A DNA stretch of 64,000 nucleotides from Octopus sinensis (lineage: Eukaryota): positions 806,001 to 870,000 of the forward strand of contig NC_043014.1 in the NCBI RefSeq assembly GCF_006345805.1, written 5' to 3'. Positions 1-11,620 of this stretch are shown in pieces. The position numbers and the translations under genes are program-made. The notes below the pieces were generated by a model that ran no database searches, was not told the DNA's origin, and saw only the letters and a program-made list of their open reading frames with translations. Numbering within the stretch: position 1 is the stretch's first letter; each line of letters starts with the position of its first letter.

Positions 1-1337
1 TGCTTGAGCAGAGGCATGTAAATGTGTGTTGTGTGCAAGCCTCAGGTAAGCTGCTCACATGAAAAAGACATAAGTTCTTCTGGATGGGAAGTAATGATGG
101 ATTAGATGGCATAGGTATTCTTTTGGCAGAGAAATGGGTGAATAAGGTGAGTGAGGTAGTCAGGCTGTGTGATAGAATTATTAAGCTAAGATTTAAAATA
201 ACAATGTCAATCTTTGCATATGCTCCGTGTGTCAGACTCACAGATGTTCAGAAGGACTGTTTCTATGAAATCCTTCTGCAGATTACCTTAACAATGATAG
301 ATAATAATGTTCTCATTGTGGCAGAGGACTTCAATGACCACAGTAGAAAACACTCTGATGGTTTTCATGGTGTACACGAAGGCTAAGGCTTTTGTTTCCA
401 AAGAGAGTGGGAAACAAAGCAGTTGGAGTTTTGTGATGCAAATGACTTAATGGTTTGCAATACCAACTCCAGGAAACCTGCCAGCCGCCTGATGACTTAT
501 CAGTCTTATGGGTGCACTAACAAGGCTGACTGCATCCTCACCAGAAACAGGGACAGGTGGGTGCTCATGAATGCAAAGTCCTTCCCATGGGAAGACTGGA
601 AGAGTAGAGGTAGCAAAGAACCATATCAGACAGCTAAAAGAGAAGCAAGGCATCAAGTATATCTGGCTAAAACAGAAGCAGAAAGGAAAAGCTTTGCCAA
701 TGACCAACAGCATGAAGATCAGAAAGTTGAGATGTTCTGACCTGCCAGTCAGACTGCGCTGGTATGGTCATGTGATGTGTATGGACGAGGACAGCCCTGT
801 AAAGAAGTGCTGATTTCTAACTGTGGAGGGAACCTGTGGAAGGGATAGTCCCAGGAAGACATGGGATGAGGTAATGAAGCATGATCTTTGACCAGTGGGC
901 CTCATAGTGGCAATGACTAGTGACTGAGACCCTTAGCAATATGCCGTGCTTGAGAAGACCCATTGAGCCAAGTGAAATCCCAGATGTGGCCACTGCCAGT
1001 GTCACATACCTGGTACATAAAAAGCACCCATTGAACTTTGGGTCTCACAAAGGCAGTGACAAGGATTGACCCCTTTGGCAATGTAGTGTGCTTGAGAAGA
1101 CCTGTCAAGTCAAGTGAGATTATAGTCATGGCCAATGCAGGTATTTCATAATTGGTACCTGTGCAGGTGGGGTGAAAGGCACTACACTCGTTTGGTGTGG
1201 TTGGCATTAGGAAGGGCATCCAACTGTAGAAGCCATGCCAAACCAGATTGGAATTTAATGCAGCTTACCAGTTTTCAGTCAAACCATCCAACCCATGCCA
1301 ATATGGAAAGCGGATGTTAAATGATGATGATGATGAT
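1..1337 (+). mobile_element. RTE-clade LINE, internally deleted (APE endonuclease, linker and C-terminus/3' UTR; RT core missing)
   Basis: Interrupted frames give APE-like motifs LEQRHVNVCCVQ, GIGILLAEKW, IFAYAP, EDFNDH, EFCDANDLMVCNT. These are followed by RLRWYGHV..MDEDSPVKKC..GTCG..PRKTWDEV.KHDL, matching the copies at 15186 and 52480, and end in the shared CCATGCCA..GGAAAGCGGATGTTAAA(TGA)n tail. Confidence 0.85.
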
Positions 1338-1535
1338 ATATATAACAAAACAATAAAATGGAAATTTTTTGGTATTGTTTCTTTTCCATTACACATGTTC
1401 CATTTGCTAATAGGAACTACAGACTTATGTGTTACATAAGCATGTAAAGAATTTCTTTTTAGTGATCTTAATATCATTTCCAACTTTCTACCAGAGAATT
1501 TTGAAAGTTGATCCTGCACTAATATCAACAAAGAT

Positions 1536-1674
1536 AGGTGCAGGAGTGGCTGTGTGGTAAGAAGCTTGCTTCCCAACCAAATGGTTCTGGGTTCAGTCCC
1601 ACTGCGTGGCACCCTGGGCAAGTGTCTTGTGAGTGGATTTGGTAGACAGAAACTGAAAGAAGCCCACTGTATCT

Positions 1675-1709
<35 letters not shown>

Positions 1710-1962
1710 TCTCTCATCTCTCTCTATATATATATATGTATGTGTGTGTATTTGTTTGTGTGACTGTGTTGTCTCTTCCCAACATCGCTTGACAACCAAT
1801 GCTGGTGAGTTTATGTCCCTGTAACTTAGTGGTTCGGCAAAAGAGACCGATAGAATAAGTAATAGGCTTACAAAGAATAAGTCCTGGGATTGATTAGTTC
1901 GACTAAAGGCAGTGCTCCAGCATGGCTGCAGTCAAATGACTGAAACAAGTAACAGAATAAAA
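1536..1962 (+). mobile_element. tRNA-headed SINE, family A (internal microsatellite)
   Basis: Head GGTGCAGGAGTGGCTGTGTGGTAAGAAGCTTGCTTCCCAACC..GGTTCAGTCCC (A/B-box-like), central (CT)/(TA)/(TG) tract, 3' end GGTGCTCCAGCATGGCTGCAGTCAAATGACTGAAACAAG; near-identical to the copy at 49239. Confidence 0.85.
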
Positions 1963-1989
1963 TAATATGTGTGTATATATATATATATA

Positions 1990-2175
1990 TAAAATTAATC
2001 CAAACATGAAAACACAACAATGCGAGGACGTGGAACAAATATAGTATCATTGGACGCTCAGGAAAGAAGGAAAGAAGGAGCTCTTCGTCGGAAACATAGG
2101 AAAAGGAAAGATCCTGAGAAGGGAAGACGGAGGAAAAAAATCGCCAACGGTACACACGCGGTCACATTTTGAATG
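1990..2175 (-). mobile_element. Short interspersed repeat, possibly a Penelope-like terminus, carrying half of a hammerhead-like core
   Basis: Non-microsatellite island embedded in (TA)n; minus strand reads CCGACGA-AGAGC at 2078-2095, the same core variant as at 49085-49128. Confidence 0.35.
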
Positions 2176-2226
2176 CTAATATATATATATATGTATGTGT
2201 GTGTATATATATATATATATATACAC

Positions 2227-2313
<87 letters not shown>

Positions 2314-2368
2314 CATACATACATACATATATATATATACATGCATATATATATATATATATATATGT
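2176..2368. repeat. (TA)n/(TACA)n microsatellite
   Basis: Direct reading. Confidence 0.95.
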
Positions 2369-2369
2369 A

Positions 2370-2568
2370 TTTGTGTGTCTGTGTTTGTCCCCCCACCATC
2401 GCTTGACAACCGATGTTGGTGTGTTTATATTCCTGTAACTTAGCGGTTCAGCAAGAGACCAACAGAATAAGTACCAAGCTTACAAAGAATAAGTCATGGG
2501 ATCAATTTGTTCAACTAAAGGCGGTGCTCCAGCATGGCTGCAGTCAAATGCCTGAAACAAATAAAAGA
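2370..2568 (+). mobile_element. SINE family A, 3' half
   Basis: Matches 1750-1960 (CGCTTGACAACC..GGTGCTCCAGCATGG..TGAAACAA). Confidence 0.8.
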
Positions 2569-2954
2569 AAAAATGTTTGTAAAAATGTGTTGGTGGACAG
2601 AAAAACGGGGATCCGTTTTGCCAGTTTCTGTTTTAATTGGGTCAGTCACCTGGAACTGCAAAAGTCTGATTTGCATAATTAGTATTTTTCCGGCAATGAG
2701 GTGAGATAATTAATTACCTTCGACAACAGCTTTGTCACAAATGTTTCAAAGGATATTACATGTGTGTGTGACGTGTACTTTTGTACTCTCATTCTTTTGT
2801 ACTCTGAATCTAAATTATATTTTCAGATTTTTTTCCTTCTGAGGTTTAGTTTTCTTGCGATGTTTTTTGCCCAGGTTTTCACCTCTCTTTTAGCATAAGC
2901 TTGGGATGAGAAATAAAGGGCCAGTTATTTTAGGAGCTGGTGGTGGTGGGGGGG

Positions 2955-3100
2955 AATCAGTCAGTTACATCAACTTTCATTGCCCCAAAAGGATGAAAGG
3001 CAAAGTTGACCTCAGCAGGATTTGAACTTAGAAGGTAAAGACTTGGAAGGATTGCTGCTAAGTATTTTGCTCAGCACGCTAACGATTTTGTCAACTTGTT
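2955..3100 (-). mobile_element. SINE family B, degenerate
   Basis: Reverse complement of the B core (GGATGAAAGGCAAAGTTGACCTCAGCAGGATTTGAACT). Confidence 0.7.
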
Positions 3101-3126
3101 AATGGTAATGATAATTCCTTCTCCTA

Positions 3127-3314
3127 AGGCAGTGAGCTGGTAGAACCATTAGCATGCCTAGCAGCATTTTGTTCATCTTTAGGTTCTGAGTTCAACTTTG
3201 CCTTTCATCCTTTCGGGGTCAATAAAATAAGTACCAATTGAATACTGGGGTTGATGTAATTGATTTAGACCCTTCCCCATAAAACTGCTGGCCTTATGCT
3301 AAAGTTTGAAATCA
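3127..3314 (+). mobile_element. SINE family B with 16-bp TSD
   Basis: B core TTCTGAGTTCAA..CTTTGCCTTTCATCCTTTCGGGGTCAATAAAATAAGTACC; flanked by ATAATTCCTTCTCCTA (3111-3126) and ATAATTCTTTCTCCTA (3315-3330). Confidence 0.75.
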
Positions 3315-3658
3315 ATAATTCTTTCTCCTATATCGGCACAATGCCTGGAATTTTGGGAGAAGGCAGCAAGTTGTTGATACCAAAAATGCCAGTAGTAGAG
3401 GGATTTGGCTGCTGTTTCTAGGATATTGAGCGATCATTATGAGGCTCTCCTATTGGCTGATATGGCTGTTGTTTAGTGTCTGTTGATCCGGTCGATGAAG
3501 CCATGACTATTCCATCTACTATCCTTCATTTTTCATAGCAGTGTCATCTTAGGGTGATTCAGCAGTTATTTCTAGTTGGCCTATCGACCACATATCAGCT
3601 TCTGTGTGTGTGTGTGGTTACATGAGTATTAAATGCGAGGAATATGTAGGCAAACGTA

Positions 3659-4011
3659 CAGTTCGATACCCCACTGAATGTTTCCTTATAACTTTTGCTC
3701 ATAACTCTCTTAAGAATATAATATTCAGAAATGATGTTTCGCAGAACACATCTTCACATCTTCGAGAGAGTAGATCACGTAACGATGATGTTTCAAAAAT
3801 ATTAATTCGAAGAGAAAAAAAATTTAAATGCAAAAGTTATGGAAAGTGGTGGTAAGAACATCGTGGGGAAGAGAAAAAATTATCCGAACCTCTTCCAAAA
3901 GACATTTGCTAAATTTCATCGGCGTAAACGTAATGTAAGCCCTGAAAAACATTTGTTTGCAAAATCTCATTACAAAATACGCAATGTTCAGGAAGTTGGG
4001 GTCCCAAACTG
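3659..4011. mobile_element. TA-flanked MITE (Tc1/mariner/pogo-like non-autonomous element)
   Basis: Imperfect TIRs CAGTTCGATACCCC versus reverse complement CAGTTTGGGACCCC, with TA on both sides (3657-3658, 4012-4013). Confidence 0.55.
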
Positions 4012-4893
4012 TAGACATACAATGTTTCTTTCTCTGTTTTATGTCGTACGTGTTGTTATTACTACTTTGCCCTCGGGAAGTTTTGATCTATAAAGCACAC
4101 CAGAATATAGGATTTGGTTCAGCGATCCATAATTCCAGACGTGCCATCCCACCCGATTTGTTAAGGACTTTCGGTTGCTTACTTTGAGTGGCGTGAGAGT
4201 CCGTCCTTGAGCCCCATGTCAACCCTGAGCAAGCAGGACCACGATTAAAGACGTCCCTCTGCTGACCATTCCGTATTCTTCTTCTTTTTTTTTTATCTCT
4301 TCGACTACATTGCTCATTGTACATGTCCTTCTTTATGTGCTAAGGTATATGGTTGCTATATCTAGCAGGTCACACGACAGTGTCGTCTCCATTGCGTCGA
4401 TGTCTCTCCCCGCCTCTCACTTTCGATGCCTCTCTGTGTCTGTGTCTGTGTAATATCTGCGTACATATAAAAGGAAAAAAAGTATTACAAATAAACATAA
4501 ATACACAAACACACACACACACACACATGCATATATTTGTGTGTGTGACTCCAAGTTTGCGTTGTGTCGAGGTGCAGGTTTCGATCCCAAAGTTAGGCGT
4601 AATGAAGATAACGATAATAACGATAGTAATAATGATTCTGATGTTCCTTGCTTATCTTGTATTACGTGTGGAAGACAGGTGCGTGTAGCCGGGTGCTTGA
4701 CTTTGGGTCAGTCAAATGTCTGGATGTACAATTTTTTGAAACAATTGGCTTTTAACACACACATTTGTAAAATTTACTTCTTTTCACTGAATTATCGCAA
4801 ATTGCAACATATTCTATTGTTTTAGATGTTTACTATGTTATATAACCTGCAGAAGCTAAGAATTCAAATAAAAAGAATAAAATATTTCTTAAT

Positions 4894-4898
<5 letters not shown>

Positions 4899-4991
<93 letters not shown>

Positions 4992-5182
4992 GTATATACA
5001 CGCGTGTATGCGTGTTTGATATATATATATGTGTGTGTGCGTGTGTGTATATATGTGTATATATATACATACACGTGCGTGTTTGTATGCATGATGTATA
5101 TATGTGTATACACACATATATATATACATCACGCACGTGTATGTATATATATGTATGTATATGTGTATACATATATATGTAC

Positions 5183-5213
<31 letters not shown>

Positions 5214-5215
5214 AT
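4899..5215. repeat. Compound (CT)/(TA)/(TG) microsatellite
   Basis: Direct reading. Confidence 0.95.
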
Positions 5216-5759
5216 TATTGTTCACATATTCACATTGATGCATTCAACCAGAGACGAGTGCTTGTAACAAATATTAAAACACTTATATACACATCTCAAA
5301 CGTTCATCTGTATTGGCGGTTGGCACATGTGTCACATAACATAATTATACATACACGTACGTGTGCCTGTATTATTAATATTTACACCAGCGGCACATAT
5401 ACACACTCGAACAGACGTATATATTGGAGACGAGTGTTTAAACATACACATAAATACATATTATACACACATATAGTCATCACTATACCATTAATCTCCA
5501 TATAATAGAAAGTATACACACACACATATATTTAAAGTACTCAGACGATCACACCAATTTATACAGTCATACAAATGTGTGTGTGGGTATATATGTGTAG
5601 GTGCGCGAATGTACGTATATATGTATGTACACACACACACACGTTATATATGCACAGTAATTAATAGTTCGAGGACAGGTAATCCTCGACATATTCAGGT
5701 AAAAGACAAACGGTGATATAGAAGCTAGTGATAATATTTAATGGTGTGTACATTGTTCG

Positions 5760-5950
5760 CAGTGACCACCGCTACGACCAATGTTGTAACGCAATGATCA
5801 TTGGTGTGACTCCACGCTGTGACCAGTATTGTAACAGCACATTGTGACTACCACTATAACAGTGACCACGATAGTAACGTAGTGGCCCCTACCATGACGC
5901 TGTGACCCCTACTGTAACGCGGTGACCCCTACTGTAACATTACGCTATGA
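5760..5950. repeat. Degenerate 18-20 bp minisatellite
   Basis: Recurring GTGACCNCTACTGTAACG units, best preserved at 5898-5940. Confidence 0.7.
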
Positions 5951-6293
5951 TCTAAATATTGGGGGGGCTTTTAACTTGTATTTCTATTCTAATGTTATGC
6001 ATGTCACAATATATAAGATATATGTAACGTGTGTGTATACCTTGCTTATACTTGTAGGCATTTAATGGTGCACACACACACTCACCTCCCCAACTAACAT
6101 GTCGTTACATGAAGCCAACTAGGAAGCCACTTTGTGGTTGTTTGATTGGCTAGAAATAGTGACTAAATCTCCATTGGATCACACCATATCTTCCTGAGAA
6201 TTAAAAAAGAAATCATTGAATGCCACAGCACCGCCAACCACCACACACTCAAAAAGATGGTATGGTCACCAGTGGAATACCTTTGTTCTTAGG

Positions 6294-6458
6294 CACTGCC
6301 GTCTTAACATTATAGGCCCCTGTGAAAATCAATGAACTGGACCCTTTAGTATTTATTGACTGCAAGTCACAGTGTACATAGATTAGAATTGGGCCCCCTG
6401 GACCCGCGAGGGCTCCTGGGCAACTGGCTCACTGTGCCCCTATCTTTACAGGGTCCTG
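6294..6458. mobile_element. Possible degenerate hAT-like MITE
   Basis: Ends CACTGCCGTCTTAAC and CAGGGTCCTG with internal GGGCCCC/GGGCAACTG motifs; no TSD found. Confidence 0.3.
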
Positions 6459-7381
6459 TACTCCGCCCCCACATATATCCTTGTTTTTAACGAGTAGCTA
6501 TATTGCCGTTACAATATATAGTTCGTGAGCGTGTGTGATATATGAATGTATGTATGTGTATATATTGTTGTTTAGCACTGGGACAGATACCTTGATTGAG
6601 CCAACCTATGGTTAAAGACAATCCATCTATTCATTTAATGACATTTAGGTGTTTCTGTTTTTAAAAATCAATTAATTAAAATATTCCAGAGGAAAGGGCT
6701 GTGCCCCTGGTCTCAGCAGACTCTCAGGGATCAATGGTATAAATAACTATTAAACGTTCCTCTTGAGTTGTTATTGGGGTCTGATTAGATTGAGGGTTGG
6801 CTGTTATTTTTAGTTGTTTGATCACAGAAAGTCTTTCTCGTTGGCTTTTATGTTTGTTGTTGTTCTTTAGCCCTCAAGACGCCCTCGCTCGAGTACGCCT
6901 ATGATAAAAAAAAATAGTCCGGCCACGATCAATTCGTCTTTTTTTATGCTTAGGACTATTTTATTCTAAATGCCCTACAGTTTTTAAAGTAATAAGAAGG
7001 ACATTTGGTCGCTATTTCTAATAGCCTGAACGACCACATAGAACTCCCCCTTCCGTAGTTCTGAAGTGGTGTAATCTTCAGGGTCATCGAACTCTCGCCC
7101 TCAGTCCACCAATGCTGAACATTTCCATAAACTTTACCAACTTTATCCGGATGTCCACCCACGTAGAATAGCTTTTACCTTGCATTTGTATTATAAGCTT
7201 TAATAAATGGTTTTTGCTTTTGAACATTTAGAGTCAGCTAGACATACACACATGTGTTGATTCACTAACACAGTACTTTACATATGTAAGCGAGGCCTAA
7301 ATAAGGGTTTCACTGACCAGATATATCTCCCTTACAACCACCAAGTCACACACATGGTTCTTAGCCCTTTCAGGTAGGGTA

Positions 7382-7797
7382 CAATGGGCACCGCTGTGGT
7401 ATGGCGCCACAATTAATTGTTTCCTCATAACTCTCTGAAGGATACATATTTTTTAACGAAATTTTGCAGAGGTATGTTTTCAAGGGTGAAGATTACAGCC
7501 ATGGTGGGGAGAAAAAAAATTAAGGACTTTCTGTCATATCCCTTTCCTATCTTAGATTTTTCGGATCATTCACATCAAACTGCTTATTTTTTTAACAAAG
7601 TTTTGCAAAAATACATTTTCGAGAAATGACGATGTTTTAAACAGAAAGTGAAATTTGTCGATAAAATATTTTTGTAAATTTTTATCAACATAAACCATTA
7701 ATCACAACCCCGAAAACATATTTACAAACTTTTATTGAAAAATGTACGATATTCAGATAGTTATAAAAAAAAGAGCAAATCTGGGGGCACCAAACTG
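7382..7797. mobile_element. MITE related to 3659-4011
   Basis: Right end GGGGGCACCAAACTG-TA resembles GGGGTCCCAAACTG-TA, and both share internal CTCATAACTCTCT; left TIR is degraded. Confidence 0.4.
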
Positions 7798-8861
7798 TAC
7801 TTATTCCCTTAATATATGAGCTAGACCTTAAGTTTTAGTTATTAAACCTAAACCCACAGAGGGAGATAATTGATTGATGAATGATAAAAATGATTCTCCT
7901 TAATTGCAATACATTTACAGATGGCTTAATCGATAACAAAAATATAAATAAAAGAAACTGTCAAAAATATAAATGTTGTTTCCAACACAATAGTTTTTTT
8001 TCCCTCAGAAATATTCCGGGAAGTTGGTTAGGTTCCTGAAAATTAACGAATTTATAATAATTTACAGATTTGTAAATGGGGGGTATTTTTTTTTTTAATA
8101 AAAGTGTTAAAAACAACATCATTTGAATTTTAAGCTCCCTGCAAGTGTGACGTTTTGGATTCAATTATTTCGGCCTTACATACCTATCTGTCTGTTTTAC
8201 ACATCGATCTAAGCTAAGGGGTTGTGCCATGCTGTAGCACATGATATAAAGTTAGTTCAATGTGTAAGACTTCTTTCTACAACTAATCAGCATTTTTGGC
8301 CAAGATCAAAGTAACACTTTAATCTACCTTCATAGAAAATGGTTCGATTCCAAGCTAAGTTTAATTTGGAGCATGATGATGCTTCAGGAGTTGAGATACA
8401 CAACTTGGCTGTTTGTCCCGTTCCTAGATTTGAACACTCGTCCCCCTTCCTTCTTTACTTTTTCTTTCATTCAACCGAATACTCATTTATATACATACTT
8501 TAACATACGCACTTCCGTATAGAACTTTATTGAAACACACACGCACCGTTGTGTAAAGCTGTGTACAAACACGTGTGTAAGTGTGTGTGGTCTGTGATAT
8601 CAACACTGCTACACGGAACCAGTCTCATATCGTTGTTTATATATATTTTTACATCCACCCGCGTATGCAGATACACTCTTACACACACGTGTATAATCGT
8701 CTACACATAGACGTGTGTTAGTGACAAACGAAAGAACGAAATTTACAAATCGACAACAATCCATTGCAGCATAAAATTGAGGTAAGTTCTCGCTTAGCCG
8801 ACCCCAACGGTCCAGTTTCGATTCCTAACTGAGGCCATACCGTTTCATTTGTTTTTTTTTA

Positions 8862-9235
8862 TGTTATTGTTCGATCCCGAGTCAATCCTGATCCACCAGA
8901 TGAATAATGATGTTCCAACTATGACCACCCTGTCTTTTAGCGTATAGTTATTGTTTTGCTCCAGTTTAGTCCTGACTGCAAACCTATCATGAAACAATGT
9001 TCCAACCATGACCACCCTGTCTGTGTTTTTTTTAGATATTGTGTAAGACTAAATTATGTAACGTGTAGTTGTAATTGCGTAGCCCTAGGTCAGTCCTGAT
9101 CCAGTAATCAAGCCATTTTAATCCGTTCTATTTTTAGCAATCGTAGCGCATCCAGTGTCCTTTTTTAAAGGTAGTAGGGTTGATTTAAAGGGGATTTAGC
9201 TATTATTTTTTAGTCTTTCGAGTGGTCGTCTGATG
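8862..9235 (+). repeat. Interspersed repeat family F, three degenerate tandem 5' segments
   Basis: Three variants of GTCA.TCCTGAT..TTCCAAC.ATGACCACCCTGTC, then the GATTTAGCTATT 3' segment shared with 29537-29742. Confidence 0.45.
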
Positions 9236-9389
9236 GCTCGACTTTCTAATGTTGCTGAGAACTGCATGAAGACCAAAACATCCTTTCTCTCCTCTCTCCT
9301 CATCCTAAGTATTAAGAGCCAAGGGCGTTGTCAACCGAAGATGTAAAGATGAAACCAACCACACCTTATTAATTAATGGTCAGCCGAAG

Positions 9390-9900
9390 TGTACCTTTCG
9401 ATTTTTTGTTTAACTGACACACATTACTCCCTCTCCCTCCTTTTGGCTCTCCCCATTCGCTCCCCCCCGGCTTATTTCTCTGTCCTTTCCTTTCTTCTCA
9501 GCATCGAACTCTCTCTCTCCTTCTTACAATCCTCAATTTTTTCATTACATCTCATTTTTCTTCCTTTCTCTCTCTCCTTCTACACCTTATACATTTCTTT
9601 TGACCCCACTTTCATATGATATCAACCCCACTCTCTCCAGCTCCCCCTTTACCGGTCCCTCTCATTCATTCATTCATCTTTTATGGTCAACATCATCATT
9701 GTCCTTTCCTCTCTCTCTCCTCACTCTCCCCTTCTCCCTACATCTTCTCATATCCTTCTACCTTTTACGATTTCTCTCTCCTCCCCCCCATATATCCACT
9801 CTTTCTTTTAACCCCCCCCCCTCCTCTCTCTCTCCGTCTTTCTTTTCTTCCTTCATCTCTCTTTTTCTTCTTTGTCCCCCCTCGCTCTCTCTCTCTCTTT
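9390..9900. repeat. Polypyrimidine (CT-rich) low-complexity tract
   Basis: Strongly C/T-biased + strand. Confidence 0.85.
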
Positions 9901-9956
9901 CGCACCCACATACACACCACTGAAATTTACATTTTTTACACATATAACAACATATA

Positions 9957-10190
9957 GGAAGCCTCAACGTAGTCAGTCGCACAGCCGGCTAGAAATAGCA
10001 GCCAAATCTCTTTAATTAGTCTACCATCTTTTTCAAAAAGAAAAAAAGAAAGAAGACAGAACGGGGTTGGGGTGAAGGTGTTGTTTTGTTATTGTCAGAA
10101 ATAAACTGTCTGAAAATATTGGTTGGTCACGGCTGGAATTCCTTTGATCACAAACTATTCAACCTGGGCTGACCGGGGAATAGAACAACA
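9957..10190 (-). repeat. Interspersed repeat family F
   Basis: GCTAGAAATAGCAGCCAAATCTC and GGTCACGGCTGGAAT..TTGATCA are reverse complements of the 29537-29742 copy. Confidence 0.6.
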
Positions 10191-10233
10191 CGACCACGAA
10201 GTATTAAAGTATACACGACTGTTATACGATTAT

Positions 10234-10237
10234 ATAT

Positions 10238-10315
<78 letters not shown>

Positions 10316-10537
10316 ATACTATCATTTTGTTCTCATTACACAATAACTCAATACACAATAAATACATACACAACTACACATTGTAAACACTATCTGCCCT
10401 CACAAACACACACACATACACACTCTCTCTCTCTCATACATACACACACACACACACACACACTCTCTCTCTCTCTCACACACACATACATACACACACA
10501 CACACACACACACTCTCTCTCTCCCTCTCTCACACAT

Positions 10538-10576
<39 letters not shown>

Positions 10577-10586
10577 CTCTCTCTCC

Positions 10587-10617
<31 letters not shown>

Positions 10618-10620
10618 AGC
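10234..10620. repeat. Compound (TA)/(TG) tract and higher-order (CA)n(CT)n array
   Basis: Direct reading; alternating CA and CT blocks at 10403-10620. Confidence 0.9.
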
Positions 10621-10859
10621 AAGTGTGTAGAAAATGTCAGCTCATAGTTTTTATGTTATGTCCCGAACTTATAAAGTCTAGATGGAGTCGAAGGTTGCCA
10701 GCCATCTTCCTCACCTGGCTAAAACTCCAACTTCCATTCGGCGGCGGCTGCCGTACCAAACATCATCACCATCACCATGATGATGATGATGATGATGATG
10801 ATGGCGATGGTGATAGCAATGATGCTAATGATGATAATGTTCGTTCTTGCAGACATCCA

Positions 10860-11620
10860 ACCCCCCGCCTCCCTCCTCTCTCTCTCTCTTTCTCTTTGAC
10901 ATATACTTCTTTATCGTTCTCCTGCACACTCTTCTTTCTCTCATTCACACACTCACTCTCTCTCTGATCTCTCTCTCTCTCTCTTTCACATATCTGTCAC
11001 AATCTCTCCCTCTCTCTGTCACTCTTTGACACTCTCTATCCTCTCTTTCACACACTTATTTTCTTACTGCCACTCCTCCTCCTTTCGCCCTTCTATTCCC
11101 CCTCTCTCTACTTCATTGCTCCTCTTCCACTCTCTTCATTGTTTATCTTTCTCTTTCTTCCTCCCCTCACTTTCTACCCCTTTTTTCACCCCCATCCTCT
11201 TTCCTTCTCTCTTTTAATCTCTCTCTCTCTCTATAACATCACCCTCTCACTTTCTTTCGATATTATCTCACTTTATCTCTATTTCATTATCACCCTTTTT
11301 TCTTCTTTTCCCCTCTCCCTCTCTCTCTTTGCTCTCTATATCACTTCTTCTTCTCTTCTCCCCCTCCCTGTTTCACCCACTCTTTCCCCCCTCTCTATTC
11401 TCTCACTTTATCATCCATCCCTGTACTGTCTCCTTCTTCTTTCCTCTCTCTCCCTCACAGTTTCACCATCTCACCTCTGTCTTTCCCCCTCTCTCTTCTA
11501 TTCCTTCCTTTCACCCTGTCCGTTCGTCAGTCTTCCCTCTCCCCATCTCTCTATCTCATGTCGGTCTATCTACCACACTTTTCCTCTCTTCCCCTTCACA
11601 ACACACACTTTACATCTCTG
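10860..11620. repeat. About 750-bp polypyrimidine tract
   Basis: Mostly C/T on the + strand, very few G. Confidence 0.9.

Noticed and set aside
2058-2443. Many ORFs rich in YI/HT/CV (also at 4826-5344, 43700-44405, 55045-56040, 57453-57839)
   Set aside because: These are translations of (TA)n/(CA)n microsatellites, which lack stop codons in several frames.
8290-8315. TTTTGGCCAAGATCAA resembles the 5' part of U2 snRNA
   Set aside because: Only about 16 nt match; no branch-point pairing region or Sm site follows.
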